Below are positions 32,055 through 43,981 of a DNA stretch of 43,981 nucleotides, piece by piece. The notes under the pieces were generated by a model, which ran no database searches, had not been told where the DNA came from, and worked only from the letters and a program-made list of their open reading frames with translations. The translations under genes and the position numbers were made by a program. Every line of letters starts with the position of its first letter. Position 1 is the stretch's first letter. Source of the stretch: Trichinella spiralis (lineage: Eukaryota); contig NW_003526945.1 of assembly GCF_000181795.1 (NCBI RefSeq), positions 2,018,975-2,062,955 of the forward strand. The letters run 5' to 3'.

Positions 32055-33198
32055 AAAAATTTTTCACGAAAACTGCAAAATTTCATGGGCTACAGATTTG
32101 GTTATTTTTGCGAAAATCGGCGAAAAATTTGTTTTCCAAATTTGGTCTTTTTTTGATTGTAATAATTTTATATTGATAAAAGATTGTATTTACTAGACTA
32201 TCATCCAAAACCAGCCAGCAGGTGTGGAATAAATTGGCTCTAAGTTTGCGAAACTGCCTAACTGAATACATAGAGAAGTCGCCCATCAGTAAATCTCTTT
32301 CAACCGAAGCAGAGACTATGAATTTCTGCACGTGAAATATTTTTGACATCAAATCTGACAAATTTCTACTAATGTATCTTTTTTACGATCAATTGAAGTG
32401 AATTTTTGAAATAACTGCTTTAAAATGATCATTAATTTCTGCGAATCACAACGTAAGCGTTGTAAGTGTTTACTTTGCTAAAAAGTAAACATTTCATGGA
32501 ATGTGGTGCCCATTACGATCTTTTTTCATTTAATAAACTTCCCATTTATACCAAATGTGTGGCTAATTGAATTCACTTTCGCTATGAAAGAACGATGCAA
32601 TGACGATTTGCATAATTAGCATAATATGTAGTCGCCCAGGGTGAACGTTTATTACAAATGTTATGAAATTAAATAAATTCACAATTCATTTCAAACTATT
32701 GGGCTCATGCATAGTATGTATTCGAATCTGTAGAAGAATCCAGCAGTTTGTACGGTGAAACATATTCCATGCTTCACAGAAACTACGGCATATTGTAAAA
32801 TAATTTTACGATTATTCCAAACAATTATTTGGCAATTATAGGTATGTAAATATTTAATAATCCGCAATTGATGATTTTTTGAGAAATGTAATGAAGTTGC
32901 CGGTTTGAGCAATTGAAATTTATAGAATAAAAACACTGGAATATTGCACGAAAAGAAATTTCTAGTGTAATAATTTTGGTTAATTCTTATCTCTGAATTG
33001 TAATAAATCAAAAATATACAGTGAACAAGCGTGTTAATTTTGAAAGTTTCTGTTCTTTAAATGAAAATCAGGAACAATTTATATTAAAATAATTTTTTTT
33101 CAGGTGAAAACATTAATAGTTTTGCTCTAAATATTAATGGCACCATTCCCTATGCACATTTATTTAACTTTTATACTTCATTCCTTTTTATTTCGACT
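32055..33198. repeat. Tandem duplication unit A (period ~1283 bp)
   Basis: Colinear with 33338-34485 from AAAAATTTTTCACGAAAA to TTTTATTTCGACT. Confidence 0.95.
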
Positions 33199-33337
33199 TC
33201 TTTAAAATCTTATTATAAGTTTAACGTTTTTGGTATATCTCAAGAAATACGCAATTAGGTGCTTTGCGGATAATTTTATAGTAGTTATGGAATAATTCTC
33301 TACCGCTATAAATCAACTTCTTTAATTTTTAAAGAGA

Positions 33338-34485
33338 AAAAATTTTTCACGAAAATTGCAAAATTTCATGGGCTATAGACTTGGTTGTTTTTGCGAAAAT
33401 CGGCGAAAAATTTGTTTTCCAAATTTGGACTTTTTTTTTGATTGTAATAATTTTATATTGATAAAAGATTGTATTTACTAGAGTATCATCCAAAACCAGC
33501 CAGTAGGTGTGGAATAAATTGGCTCTAAGTTTGCGAAACTGCCTAACTGAATACATAGAGAAGTCGCCCATCAGTAAATCTCTTTCAACCGAAGCAGAGA
33601 CTACCTATTTTTGCACGTGAAACATTTTTGACATCAAATCTGACAAATTATTACTAATGTATCATTTTAACGATCAATTGAATTCAATTTTTGAAATAAC
33701 TGCTTTTAAATAATTATTAATTTCTGCGAATCAAAACGTAAGCGTTGTAAGTGTTTACTTTGCTAAAAAGTAAACATTTCATGGAATGTGGTGCCCATTA
33801 CGATCTTTTTTCATTTAATAAACTTCCCATTTATACCAAATGTGTGGCTAATTGAATTCACTTTCGCTAAGTAAGAAGGATGCCGTGCTGATTTGCATAA
33901 TTAGCATATTAGTAGTCGCCTAGAGTTGAAATACATTACAAATGCTTTGTAATTAAATAATTTCACAATTCATGTCAAACTGTTGGGCTCATGCATGGTA
34001 TTTCTTCGAATATTTAGAGGTATTCAACAGTTTGGACGGTGAAACTTATTCAACGCTTCACAGAAACTACGGCATATTGTAAAATGATTTTATGATTATT
34101 CCAAACAATTGTGTATCAATTTTAGGTATGTAAGTTTTTAATAATCCGCAATTGATGATTTTTTGAAAAATGTGATAAAGTTTCCGGTTTGAGCATTTGA
34201 AATTTATAGAATAAAAATACTGGCATATTGCATAAAAATAGCTTTCTAATGTGATAATTTTGGAAAATTTATAACTCTGAATTGTAATAATTCAAAAAAC
34301 TCCCGTGAGCAAAGATTTTTAATTTTGAAAGCCTTCTTAACTTAAATGAATATCAAGAACAATTATTGTTAAAATAAATTTCTTTTTTCAGAGGAAAACA
34401 TTGATATTTTTGTTGTTAAAATTAATGACACCATTCTGTATGCTCATTTATTTAACTTTCATTTTTATCCCATTTTATTTCGACT
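33338..34485. repeat. Tandem duplication unit B
   Basis: Colinear with 32055-33198; its last ~110 bp overlap the 2.5 kb duplication. Confidence 0.95.
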
Positions 34486-36856
34486 GTCGATACGTAGTTA
34501 TTTCGAATTGGCAATGTGTAACTTCTTCGAAACGCAGCTAGCATGCGTGATTTTTTACGAACGTTGCACTTTTGGTATTTGATATGGGTGTGCATTAAAG
34601 TTCAACATTCCTCGGCAATATTTTGGTTTTTTTACACAATCCATTTTTTCTTCATTTTTGGTTTCTTTTGATTAATTCGTAGGATTTTGTTTCAGAACAA
34701 GCTGAAATGGAAATAATTCGTTTAATATACACATTTTCTGTGAATGTGTCTTTATATGATGTCTTATTAAAATGAATTTTGAACTTTATGTTCCTTCAAC
34801 ATATATTAATGCCTGAATTTCATAACGTACGCCTTGCATGTCTAAAATTTTTTAAAAAAAGTATCTTTTTATTTGATAGCGTGTAGTTCATCATTCTTTT
34901 TATTTGATTAGCTACTGATTGATACCAAACTTGACGTTCTTTGTATTCATTTTCTGTTACAACTGTGAAAATGCGCTTTTAATGCAGTAGTTTGCGATAA
35001 CAGTCGTATGAAATTGTAATAGAATCAAATAAGTCAAAAATTGATCGCAACTAAATGTTCCCATCCATGATATTTTCCCCAATCGTTAAAGATATTCACT
35101 TCAAAGTTTAGTAACAGTAATGGAATATTGCTAGGAAAGTGCAGCGAATTATTCATTGCATTTGTTATAATTGAAAGTAGTATTTCCTGAAATAAATGTT
35201 CATAAATTTTGAATAATATGGAATCGATGATTTTCCTTTGAGAAATTTTGATAAAACAACTGATTTCTAAGTTTGACATTTATGAAAGCAATAAATGCAG
35301 TATTACATAAAATTTACATTACTATCTCTTCATTTTGACGAATTCTCATTTCAGATGCGCAATTAATCACGTTTCAAAAATTATACGCTTTAAGGATGCA
35401 GTAAGCGATAAAGCAAAGTCAAAAACAAATTTTATTTGGATTAGATGATTTTTTTCGCTCATGCATTTAAACGTTTTGTAATAAATATTTACAATATGGC
35501 TTTCTTTGCATATTTATTTATTTTCTTTCATTTCAATTTATGAAGAACACCAAGTCTTCAAATCAACAGTCGAAAATATATTGATCTACGTTGTATAATA
35601 TTACATAGAGGTTGAATAAAAAATTAATAACTTTTATAATTAGCAAAATGTTCGATTGTGATGATGTCATTACGATATTAGAACTAATCGTACAGTGATT
35701 TCACCTAGGGCCATGTCATATTCTAATTTTTTGCATTTGACCCTGAACAAACTTGAAGAATGTCATATTAATGATTATTTAGTTTTTCAGTGTGTAGAAC
35801 AGCAGTCAAGAAGCGCGTTCAGCTCTTCTCTTCAATACCATCTTCAATTTCAAAGTAAGTGATCTTTCATTCCTTGGCTTCTGTTCTGTTCAAATATGCT
35901 TCACATCAAACAACCTGTTAATTACAAATGGAGTGTGAACAGTATAGTGCAAAATGAATGTACTATTGAATCTAAGAGAAATTTTCTGAATAATTGATGA
36001 ACCAATCCATTATCCAACATTTTGTCCAACAGTACCAAGTTTTCTGTGCAGCTTCATTGAACTCCCCAGCTTAGCTTCTTTCCTAAGGTGGGTTACTGAG
36101 ATCTCACCACCGTATTAGTAATGGTCACGTAACCGGTGGGATTTTTTCTCTGGTTTCAAACATAACTGATGCTTCTTCTGTATTGTCGAATTTCAACTTT
36201 TTCACTTCATTATATTTATTTTATCTTAGCGTACCGTGCAACAATTGCGCAATGAATGGCCTGTAGCGTTGTCACATTTCTAGGTTTTGATATATTTTGA
36301 ATTTTAACTATGATGGAGAATGTTGCGAAAGTTAAAAATTTTCTACATTAAAGCATGGTATTCTCTGAAACTGAATACTTTTGTGCAATATTTTGTGTTT
36401 TTTGGAAATGCAGGCTTCCTTTCTTTGTGTGCAATTCCAACTGTTTTAAAAATTGTTGCTTCAGAATTGATCGCAGTGCCACTGAAGTGGTAAATTCTTT
36501 AACTTTTAATTACAATATCATTTTATTTGCAATAAACCTAAATAAATTCATCCCAGAATTGTTGTTAATATTCATTAATACTTGAGTGTCTAAAAGGTAT
36601 GCATTTTAAATGTCTCCTGCGTTTGCTAAACAATCAATTCATGTCGTGGAATGCCCATTATCATCATTATTATTATTTTCAATCTCCATTAATACCTAAC
36701 ATGTGCATATATGAATGTTGATTTATTTTGTTGAATGCTTCTGTGCTCCTGCTGGAGATGGACTTTTAATGTAGCAGTTCCCGGGAAGAATAAATTCTGA
36801 ATACACATCAAATAATTGAATAAATGAATTGTTTGAATCTATCGAATGACTTATTG
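34377..36856. repeat. Copy 2 of the ~2.5 kb direct duplication (partner 1-2491)
   Basis: Near-identical to 1-2491; continues past the point where copy 1 meets the gap. Confidence 0.97.
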
Positions 36857-38699
36857 CATTGAATTTATTTGAAACTGTTTTAGCAGTGCCCTGAGAACAG
36901 TCTTACACTAAATGATGGGCATTTGAGAAAATGTCAAGAACAATTCAAATCTTTCTTGCCTCAGGTTTTCCATTAATATTAGGCCGTTACGCTCTTACTA
37001 CACCAGAGTCAATGTGATATGCTTTTTATATTGTACACCTACTCTTGTACAACTCTTTAAAATGTGCTCTCTGTGGTTAGCAATTCATTATATTAGTGTG
37101 ATATGGCTATTAGTCAAGCAGAGTTTTGAATTTTACTCGCCCAAATCATCTATGATTCAAAAATAAGTTATGTTTCATATGTTATGATTGTAGGACTTCA
37201 ACAATAGGCCATCTGAAAACTAGCGAATTTCTATTTTCTGTTAGTGACATTCATTCTGTGCTTGGATTGATAATTTTTATTAATAAGAATAAAAAATGGA
37301 ATTCCTTTTAGAGATCCTTTAGAGAAAGTATGTAATAAAATTGCATTGTCTATTACTTAACTAGCTCTTCCTCTTTTTTTATAAAGCTATTTCCCGCCTA
37401 AATATTTGATGGTAATGTCTAATATTTTGCATGGCGTGCAGTCAGTATCAAGAATAGGAATTTCAATTTTTTTCACAACTAATTGTAGATTCTAATATGC
37501 TATATGAACTTGATGAAATGAATTTTCATACTATTTGCATTGTTCATCACATTACATGCCTTTAAGCAAAATAGCTTTCATTTTAGCAAACAAATTAATA
37601 AAAGAACACTTTTAATTTATGCTATTACGCTCTTACTCATCAACAATTAGGTTGTTTTCCCAAACCGAACTTTTCGTACTATCATGCAATATTGCAGAAT
37701 GTCCCTTTCGTGGTTAGTTAGTTTGTTGGTCACCATAAGAGGAGGTGTGCAAATGTAATCTCACTCTTGCATATCGTCTATAATTTGTAGGTAAGTGATA
37801 ATTCGGCAATGTGCAGATATTCGATGCTTTATTTACTCAATATGACTATAAATTTGGTTTCTCCGCTATTATTACTAACATTGAAATATTCATATGCTTA
37901 TATTACTTTTGTTTCTTATAGATGCTGCAGACACACAAGTACCACATCAATACAGCCATTACTGGAGCCTGCATAAAGCAACCATTCATCATTTTGTACA
38001 TGCTTGAATTCATTTTAATGTTAAAAGCAAGTAAGTGATTCAATAATTATGTGGTTATCTGTTATGTCATTTGCATGAATATTATCAGATAAACAAATGC
38101 GCAATAGCCATGTTATAGAAAGTAATTGAAGCTGAATAACAGTGCATGGTAATAATATTAAAATTCATGCGATTTGTTTTTAAATTTCTAATTCCTAATT
38201 ATTTTTCGAGAGTAGGAAGTGTTGGAAATGCATACGTAACTTTGACAGAGGAAGAAAGACAACGTGTAAGTAAAAGACATTGTTTTACTTGTGTTTCAAT
38301 CATTTTGAAATTTAGAATTGATTTTGAAAATTTTATGCAACTCTCACTTATGCAAAAAGCCCCTTTCATTGGCAGCGTGTGATAGAAATGCTAATCAAAA
38401 ATAATAGATAATCTGTCGTTCATTAGCAAGCTAACAGTAGCCAGATATCTACGGTCGATGACAACACAAAATAGGGATGTCGTCGAAACGAAGCAGTCAT
38501 ATTCGTTTATTCATTTTCACAGAAAAATGCACCGGTTACTTAAAACACTATGATCAGATAGTAACGCTGAAATGAATGCGCTAGGAATCATATAGCGTTT
38601 GGCTGCCGGTTTAATTATGCCATTTGTTCTCAGTAGTGGAAGATACAAAAAAGCTTGCAAAAAGTCACTGCTTGATTTTGACTATTACTAAGTCTTCAG

Positions 38700-39748
38700 G
38701 AGTCGCAAATGTTTTGGAGTGATTCAAGAGGTCAGTTTGTTTTTATTGTGGTCCTTTAAATGATTTACTGCGCTTAAAACTTTCATCAAGAGAGCTTAAG
38801 AACCAAAAATACGGCCACCTTTACACGCTTTGTGGAACGAGATGAGCCATCAGTATCGGCCATTAGTAGATTCTTCGCAGCATATTACTGAGTGGAAAGA
38901 CAGCAGCGTTGCTTCGAAAGCAGAGCAGTTACGAGTTGCAGTATGTCGAGGCAGTTTTGTTCTTTCGTTGGCGGTTCTTAGCAAAGTGCTTGCTTTAGCT
39001 TTGCCACTTTCAAAATCTTTCCAAGACTCTTGCCTTGAAGTATTTTCAATGTTGAGACAATGTGAATTCTATAAGAATGGAGGACTAAATCAGAGGAGTG
39101 TTTTCGTGAGATTTGGGAAGCAGCCGAAAAACTGTACGGTGATTTAATACCCCTCCCTCGAAATATATCCAGGCAAATAAACAGATCTATCGATCCAAAA
39201 GAAAACGGAATATTACCCATTGACGGTGTGGAAAACTTTTTTGGAGAACGTTATTCAGTAGTTCCTCGACAAATTGCTTCAACACCGCAATAATGCTATG
39301 CGATTGAATGCCCTTATATGCCTCGATTTCGATCAGTAAGACTTAAGCCCATTAGAAAATTTGATGGTCACCTAGTAAAGCTATATCGACGACCAAAGCG
39401 TGCTACTCAAGTGTGAAATTACACGCTGAAAAGAAATTTGGGAAACGTACATCTTTAACATCATCCAGCTAATTCGCCTGATGCTCTTGCATTGCGCCCA
39501 AGTGATTATTACCCGATCATGTCCTTACTCTTACAGATTTTCGTCACTCACCCAATCGACAGAGCCAGCGCAGAACGAAGCTTTACTGCAGTGAAATATC
39601 TAAAAAGCTATTTCCGGACTTCCATGACAGAAGAACGACTGAACAGACTTGCAGCAATGTGTACATTCATTCTGACATTTCCATTGATAATGACCTTGTA
39701 ATAGAAAAGTTCAGTTTCAAAAGGGATCGAAATGTGTCGTTCATTTGA
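38700..39748 (+). mobile_element. Degenerate hAT-superfamily transposase (P52rIPK/ZMYM1-like clade) with C-terminal dimerisation domain
   Basis: YYPIMSLLLQIFVTHPIDRASAERSFTAVKYLKSYFRTSMTEERLNRLAAM is a typical hAT dimerisation motif (ERSFS..K..LRS.M..ERL..LA). Upstream SFVLSLAVLSKVLALALPLSKSFQ fits the hAT core. Multiple stops and frameshifts are present. Confidence 0.88.
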
Positions 39749-42092
39749 AATACAATTAAAATTATCAATTTGAAAGTTATTCTATCACGTGATTGAGATT
39801 CTAATTTTGTTTAAATGAAAAAAACGTCACTAACGGGAAGCCGTGGAAAGGAAGTGAATTTGTGGCGGCTATTGGAAAATTGTATCTGTTAATCAGGTTG
39901 ACCATTTTGTTGGGCTCACGCGGGAATCTGAAGCTTGGCATAAAATCATCGGACGTCTCCTTGTGCGCAAACAAGTACAAAAGGTAAAAATCACAAACAT
40001 CATTAAAATATATCTGAAATTCAGGCATGAATCACAAAGCAATAAATAAAAAGTATATGAAAATCTGCAGGTATTAATCAAACTGATGATAGCCGGATTG
40101 GCTGTACCACAGCTTCAATGTTCTCAGTGAAATAAATACAAGTCTCATTTAACATAAATGTCGTAATTCCATTATAGGAATATATAAAGCAATAAAACAG
40201 ATGAAATGAGGAAAAGTAAAAAAAATATTATAATCCTAAGTTAAAGTATATTTCAAAAATAAAATCACGGAATGATAATTAGTTGATAAATTGAATAATT
40301 GAAAATTGATAATAATTGAAATAATAATTGAAAATACAGTAATATACATTATTTAAATAACCAAATTAATGATAAGAAGGTTACTAAGTAATAAGCAAAT
40401 GTTGCACATCCATAGTTATTATTTTATTACAGTGTTGTTCGACAAACGGTGGCGGTGCGTAACCAAGGTGCAATTGCAAGATGCTACATTCAGGTGAAAA
40501 TTTAATACTGAGACTTATTTTCCTGATAAATTGCAATGAATGCATGCATATTTAAATATTTAAGCAATTTTCAATTTGAAGATGCGTAAAACTTGAAATA
40601 CTTTTAAAGCAGAATTCTCAATTGCATAAAGTTGAACATTGAAGGTTGTGAAGAAATCCATATTTCAATTTGCTATTTTAGGTAATCGTCTAGATTTAAC
40701 TGGAGAAGACGATAAAATTTTCAGTTTATACTTGCTTATGGCATTCAATTTCACTTTGAACTGAGCAGGTCAAATATCACTAAGCGTATAGTATTATCTA
40801 TTATGCAGGACAGAAAAATACCGTTTTCATACAGAAATCGTTTTCAGTTTAATTTTATTATCACTTTGTATTTTTTTTTCTAAAATTTTCACCATGAGAA
40901 CATCAGATAAATCAAAATTTTCATCTAGTTAATTTTGCTTGGCATACAGCGCAACTAGTGTGCTCAATCATTGTTTATTTTTTCTTGACATCATGTTCTA
41001 ATTCATATTAGAGTAGCATATCCAACTTACGTAAGCCGGCGTTTACCGCTACGTGCGCAGTGTCTGCCTTTTATGCAAATTGGGCGGTTTGAAAATTAAC
41101 TTCGTATTAGCAGAGCGCCAGTTAAATTGACTATGTTGACTAACAGAGGCATCGACAGCAATGTTTGCTCGATCTATTTTTGCTTTAAATACTGAGTAAA
41201 GTGTGTTCTTAGATATAGAGGAATCTTATCTTTTCAAACAAAGGCGTGGTGCAGTTTCAATTTAAATTTGCATTTCAATTTGTTTGCTTTTGAGCTTATG
41301 CGTGACTTGCATAATATTTGTTCAACGAAATGAGGAATACGTTTCATACTTGTTAATCAATAGAAATGAACTTTATGTAAATTTTCCTGAGGCTACTATT
41401 AGTTGCTCTAGAAACTCATTTCAAATGATTGTAGGCGAACGATGTGCGGCGAATAAGCAATGGCGTTTCAATACGATGACAGACGAAGAAGAACAATAAA
41501 AACGGCTTTGTTTTTTATTTATTATAGCATTATTTCATTAAATTAATTCTTCTATATTTAGATACAGAAGAATTGAAGATGAAAGAAGACATCCAGAAGA
41601 CGAGGGTAAGTTTGGTAAGTATAATTCTTTGAGTTAGGCTAATTAGCTAAAGTTCACTGAGGAGTTCTTGAGTCTGTAATTTATATAAATTCGAGCTGTA
41701 AGTTATCGAGCATTTAATTCAGATGATTGTTAATTAGAGTAACTGAACATAGATCATGAGTATTATTTTAATAAATTTGAGTGGCTTTCCGCATTTGAAC
41801 GTTTTCATGTCCCATGCCTTGTCGAGTTGAGTTTAGGGTTCATTTGCGGAAAGTGAAATGGTTGAATAATTTGTCGATCATTTCAAAGGACAATTTTTGA
41901 GCATAGTGAGTTTGTAGCACTGCTATAGTTTGAGTATTAGAATAAGTAAATGCTTGAGAATAGCAGTGCAAGGATAGGAGGAATGTGAGATAGGGTGGTG
42001 TGCAGGAGTTCGACGGGTTACACTGCACGACGCGACCCTAACCGTATCAAATGATCAAAGTCCATATTTTCAAAGCTCACCTCTTCCTCTCC

Positions 42093-42540
42093 CGGTTGCG
42101 GTACCAGAGGCCTGCCGCCTTGCTCGGATCCCAGCAATGGGATCTCAAGCAAGGTTTTTTTTCAGCCCGACCGCCCCCGCGCCGCCCCCCGCCCTCCTGC
42201 CCGTTAACGGGGACTTCCCTCGGCGGAGTCTCCTAGTCCCGTGCTGGCCAGAGACCGGTTTTAAAGAGATGACCCTGTCCATTTGTGTGGTAATGGACGT
42301 TGTTTGAAATCTTGTGCAATGGGATTTCAACACCTATGTGAATTCGTAAGACGTATCTGTCCTAGAGGCAGTTATGCAAATTTGCAATTGACGTAGTGCC
42401 GAGACTCTGTTTCGGTGCCAATCTAGTGGTGATCGTTACTCCCCCAAGAGGAACGGTAAGCGTTGCTATGCGTTTGTGTTATTGTTACGCTGGCTCTGAC
42501 ACTTGGCCAATGATTGACATCAGATTTGCCGTCACACCTT
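42093..42540 (-). repeat. Left arm of an imperfect GC-rich inverted repeat
   Basis: 42162-42202 is the exact reverse complement of 43842-43882. Blocks CGGTTGCGGT, GAGGCCTGCC, CGGGGACT, CTCCTAG, CGTGCTGGCC, GCGTTGCTA and TTGCCGTCACACCT all have inverted partners. Confidence 0.93.
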
Positions 42541-43263
42541 TAACTAGTTCATTTGGCGTTGCACCTTTCATCAGTTTAGGCATGATACATTTGAAATTAA
42601 TCTCCATGGAGAGTTTCCCCTTATAATCATGCTAAGTAGTTTAAATTTGTTAACATTTTATACATTAATTTATTCATTTAGGAACTTAAATGATAAATAA
42701 AATATAATGTTCATTCATCTAATAATTGAGCATAATTATTTTAAAGTAGAAAAGTTTATCCGTTTTTCATTTACATTTCATCTTATAAAAGGTTTTAATT
42801 ATTCATTAATTTTATAGTGATAATAATATATTTTTAGTATAAAGCAGTTTTTTACTTTAAAGAATGTAATGTCAAAGTAGATTTCTACTTTAAAACAGTG
42901 TAATGTAGACAGTTAAAAGGGATGTAATATGGTAAACATTAAATGGGCATAATTTTATTTATTAATTACTTGTGAATTAGCTATTGTTTGAATATAAATT
43001 TTTTACTTATGAAAATGTTAATCGGGGTCTCCTTTAATTAGGCAGTGGCAAAAGTAAACTTGGTATAAATGAATTAAACAATTAGCTTAGACAAGGTGCA
43101 ACGAGTCTAATCTTTTTATAAATAGGAAGTAATCTTCTATAAATAGAATGTCATTAATCCGTAATATGTAGGAAAACAATGTATTAAATATGAGATTAAT
43201 TTTAATATGCTAATTAGAAAGTTTAAAAGGCAACGTAAATGCAACACTGAGTATTTTAATTTT

Positions 43264-43442
43264 TAATTAGGTTAAATAACGTCACTCGTAACAACATATT
43301 TTAGCAGTGAGAGTTTTTTAATAAATGAATCTTTAATAAATAAATTTACATACAATGTAAACACAAAAGTGGGTCATAATATTTTCTAATTAGGTATAAT
43401 AACGTCACTCGTAACTACATATTTAGGCAGGGTTTTTTAATA
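43264..43442. repeat. Degenerate direct repeat, period 123 bp (core AATAACGTCACTCGTAAC)
   Basis: 43264-43323 and 43387-43442 share TAATTAGGT..AATAACGTCACTCGTAAC.ACATATTT..GCAG..GTTTTTTAATA. Confidence 0.9.
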
Positions 43443-43612
43443 GTTAGAATGTTTTAAATGGAATGCAAAAAACAGCAACTTACAGTAATCAGTTCTATTT
43501 GAAAAGATAAGTAGGCATAATACATTAAATCAATAATGATGAGTTGTAAATCATACGGTAAGTATGCAAACATGAGTTGGTTCTGCAGGACAGTACATTA
43601 ATATTGAGTATC

Positions 43613-43909
43613 AGGTGTGACGGCAATTTGATGTGCATGAGGCGGCAAGGCTTTGTAGGCGTAACGGTTCACATCTGCCTAGCAACGCACGCCATCTGGT
43701 GCGGAAGCTACGTCTTCGGCGGATCAGAATGGCCATCTGGTCCGTCGAGGGTGGATCAGATGGATCCACCCAAGGTCATCTCGGCCAAAATCGTGAGGCC
43801 AGCACGTGGGCTAGGAGGCGATGATGCCTTGGGAGTCCCCGGGGCAGGAGGGCGGGGGGCGGCGCGGGGGCGGTCGGGCTGACCGAAAGGCAGGCCTCCA
43901 CCGCAACCG
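43613..43909 (+). repeat. Right arm of the imperfect GC-rich inverted repeat, with a G-quadruplex-forming tract
   Basis: Contains AGGTGTGACGGCAA, TAGCAACGC, GGCCAGCACG, CTAGGAG, AGTCCCCG, GGGCAGGAGGGCGGGGGGCGGCGCGGGGGCGGTCGGGCTGA, GGCAGGCCTC and ACCGCAACCG in reversed order relative to the left arm. Confidence 0.93.
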
Positions 43910-43981
43910 AAAACTTTTTTTTAAAAAAAATTCACAAAAAAAAGCAACCTTCCCCCCCGCTGAATCGACGAAAACGCGAAA

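Noticed and set aside
39811..39985. Exon-like open frame ending at AG|GTAAAA
   Set aside because: No recognisable homology or partner exons.
41740..41760. CTGAACATAGATCATG, resembling the mitochondrial 16S rRNA conserved 3' motif
   Set aside because: Mismatched, and the flanking conserved rRNA blocks are absent.
41631..42045. Single TTAGGC, TTAGGG and CCCTAA hexamers
   Set aside because: Isolated, not arrayed; not telomeric evidence.
43264..43442. CRISPR-like or tRNA-like reading of the repeats
   Set aside because: Only two degenerate units in a eukaryotic context, and no cloverleaf found.
43577..43882. Gly/Arg-rich 101-aa ORF and Pro-rich 42051..42236 ORF
   Set aside because: By-products of the GC-rich arms; frame is not conserved between the arms.
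43797..43981. Hammerhead, HDV ribozyme or SRP helix-8 resemblance (CTGA..GAAA)
   Set aside because: I could not build the required catalytic core or pseudoknot by eye; a covariance-model search is needed.

Overview
AT-rich, intron-dense eukaryotic DNA from a nematode. The Gq-alpha is close to C. elegans EGL-30, and short introns plus composition suggest a Trichinella-like clade I worm (inference). I assembled four spliced genes by hand: Gq-alpha/egl-30 (+, 5621-10743), a three-finger C2H2 zinc-finger gene (-, 15687-17515), mitochondrial ABC transporter ABCB7/abtm-1 (+, 21868-25283) and a LAPTM4-family lysosomal protein (+, 28509-30203). There is also a tentative frameshifted multi-TM gene (~18866-20970). 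The right third is accessory DNA: piggyBac and hAT transposase relics, a ~1.28 kb tandem duplication, and a ~2.5 kb near-identical copy of the window's first contig. The most unusual feature is at 42093-43909: two inverted GC-rich modules with a perfect 41-bp G-quadruplex-like core, conserved closing hairpins with variable inserts and collinear conserved blocks, around an AT-rich repeat-containing spacer. Most ORF-track entries are intron or microsatellite noise.
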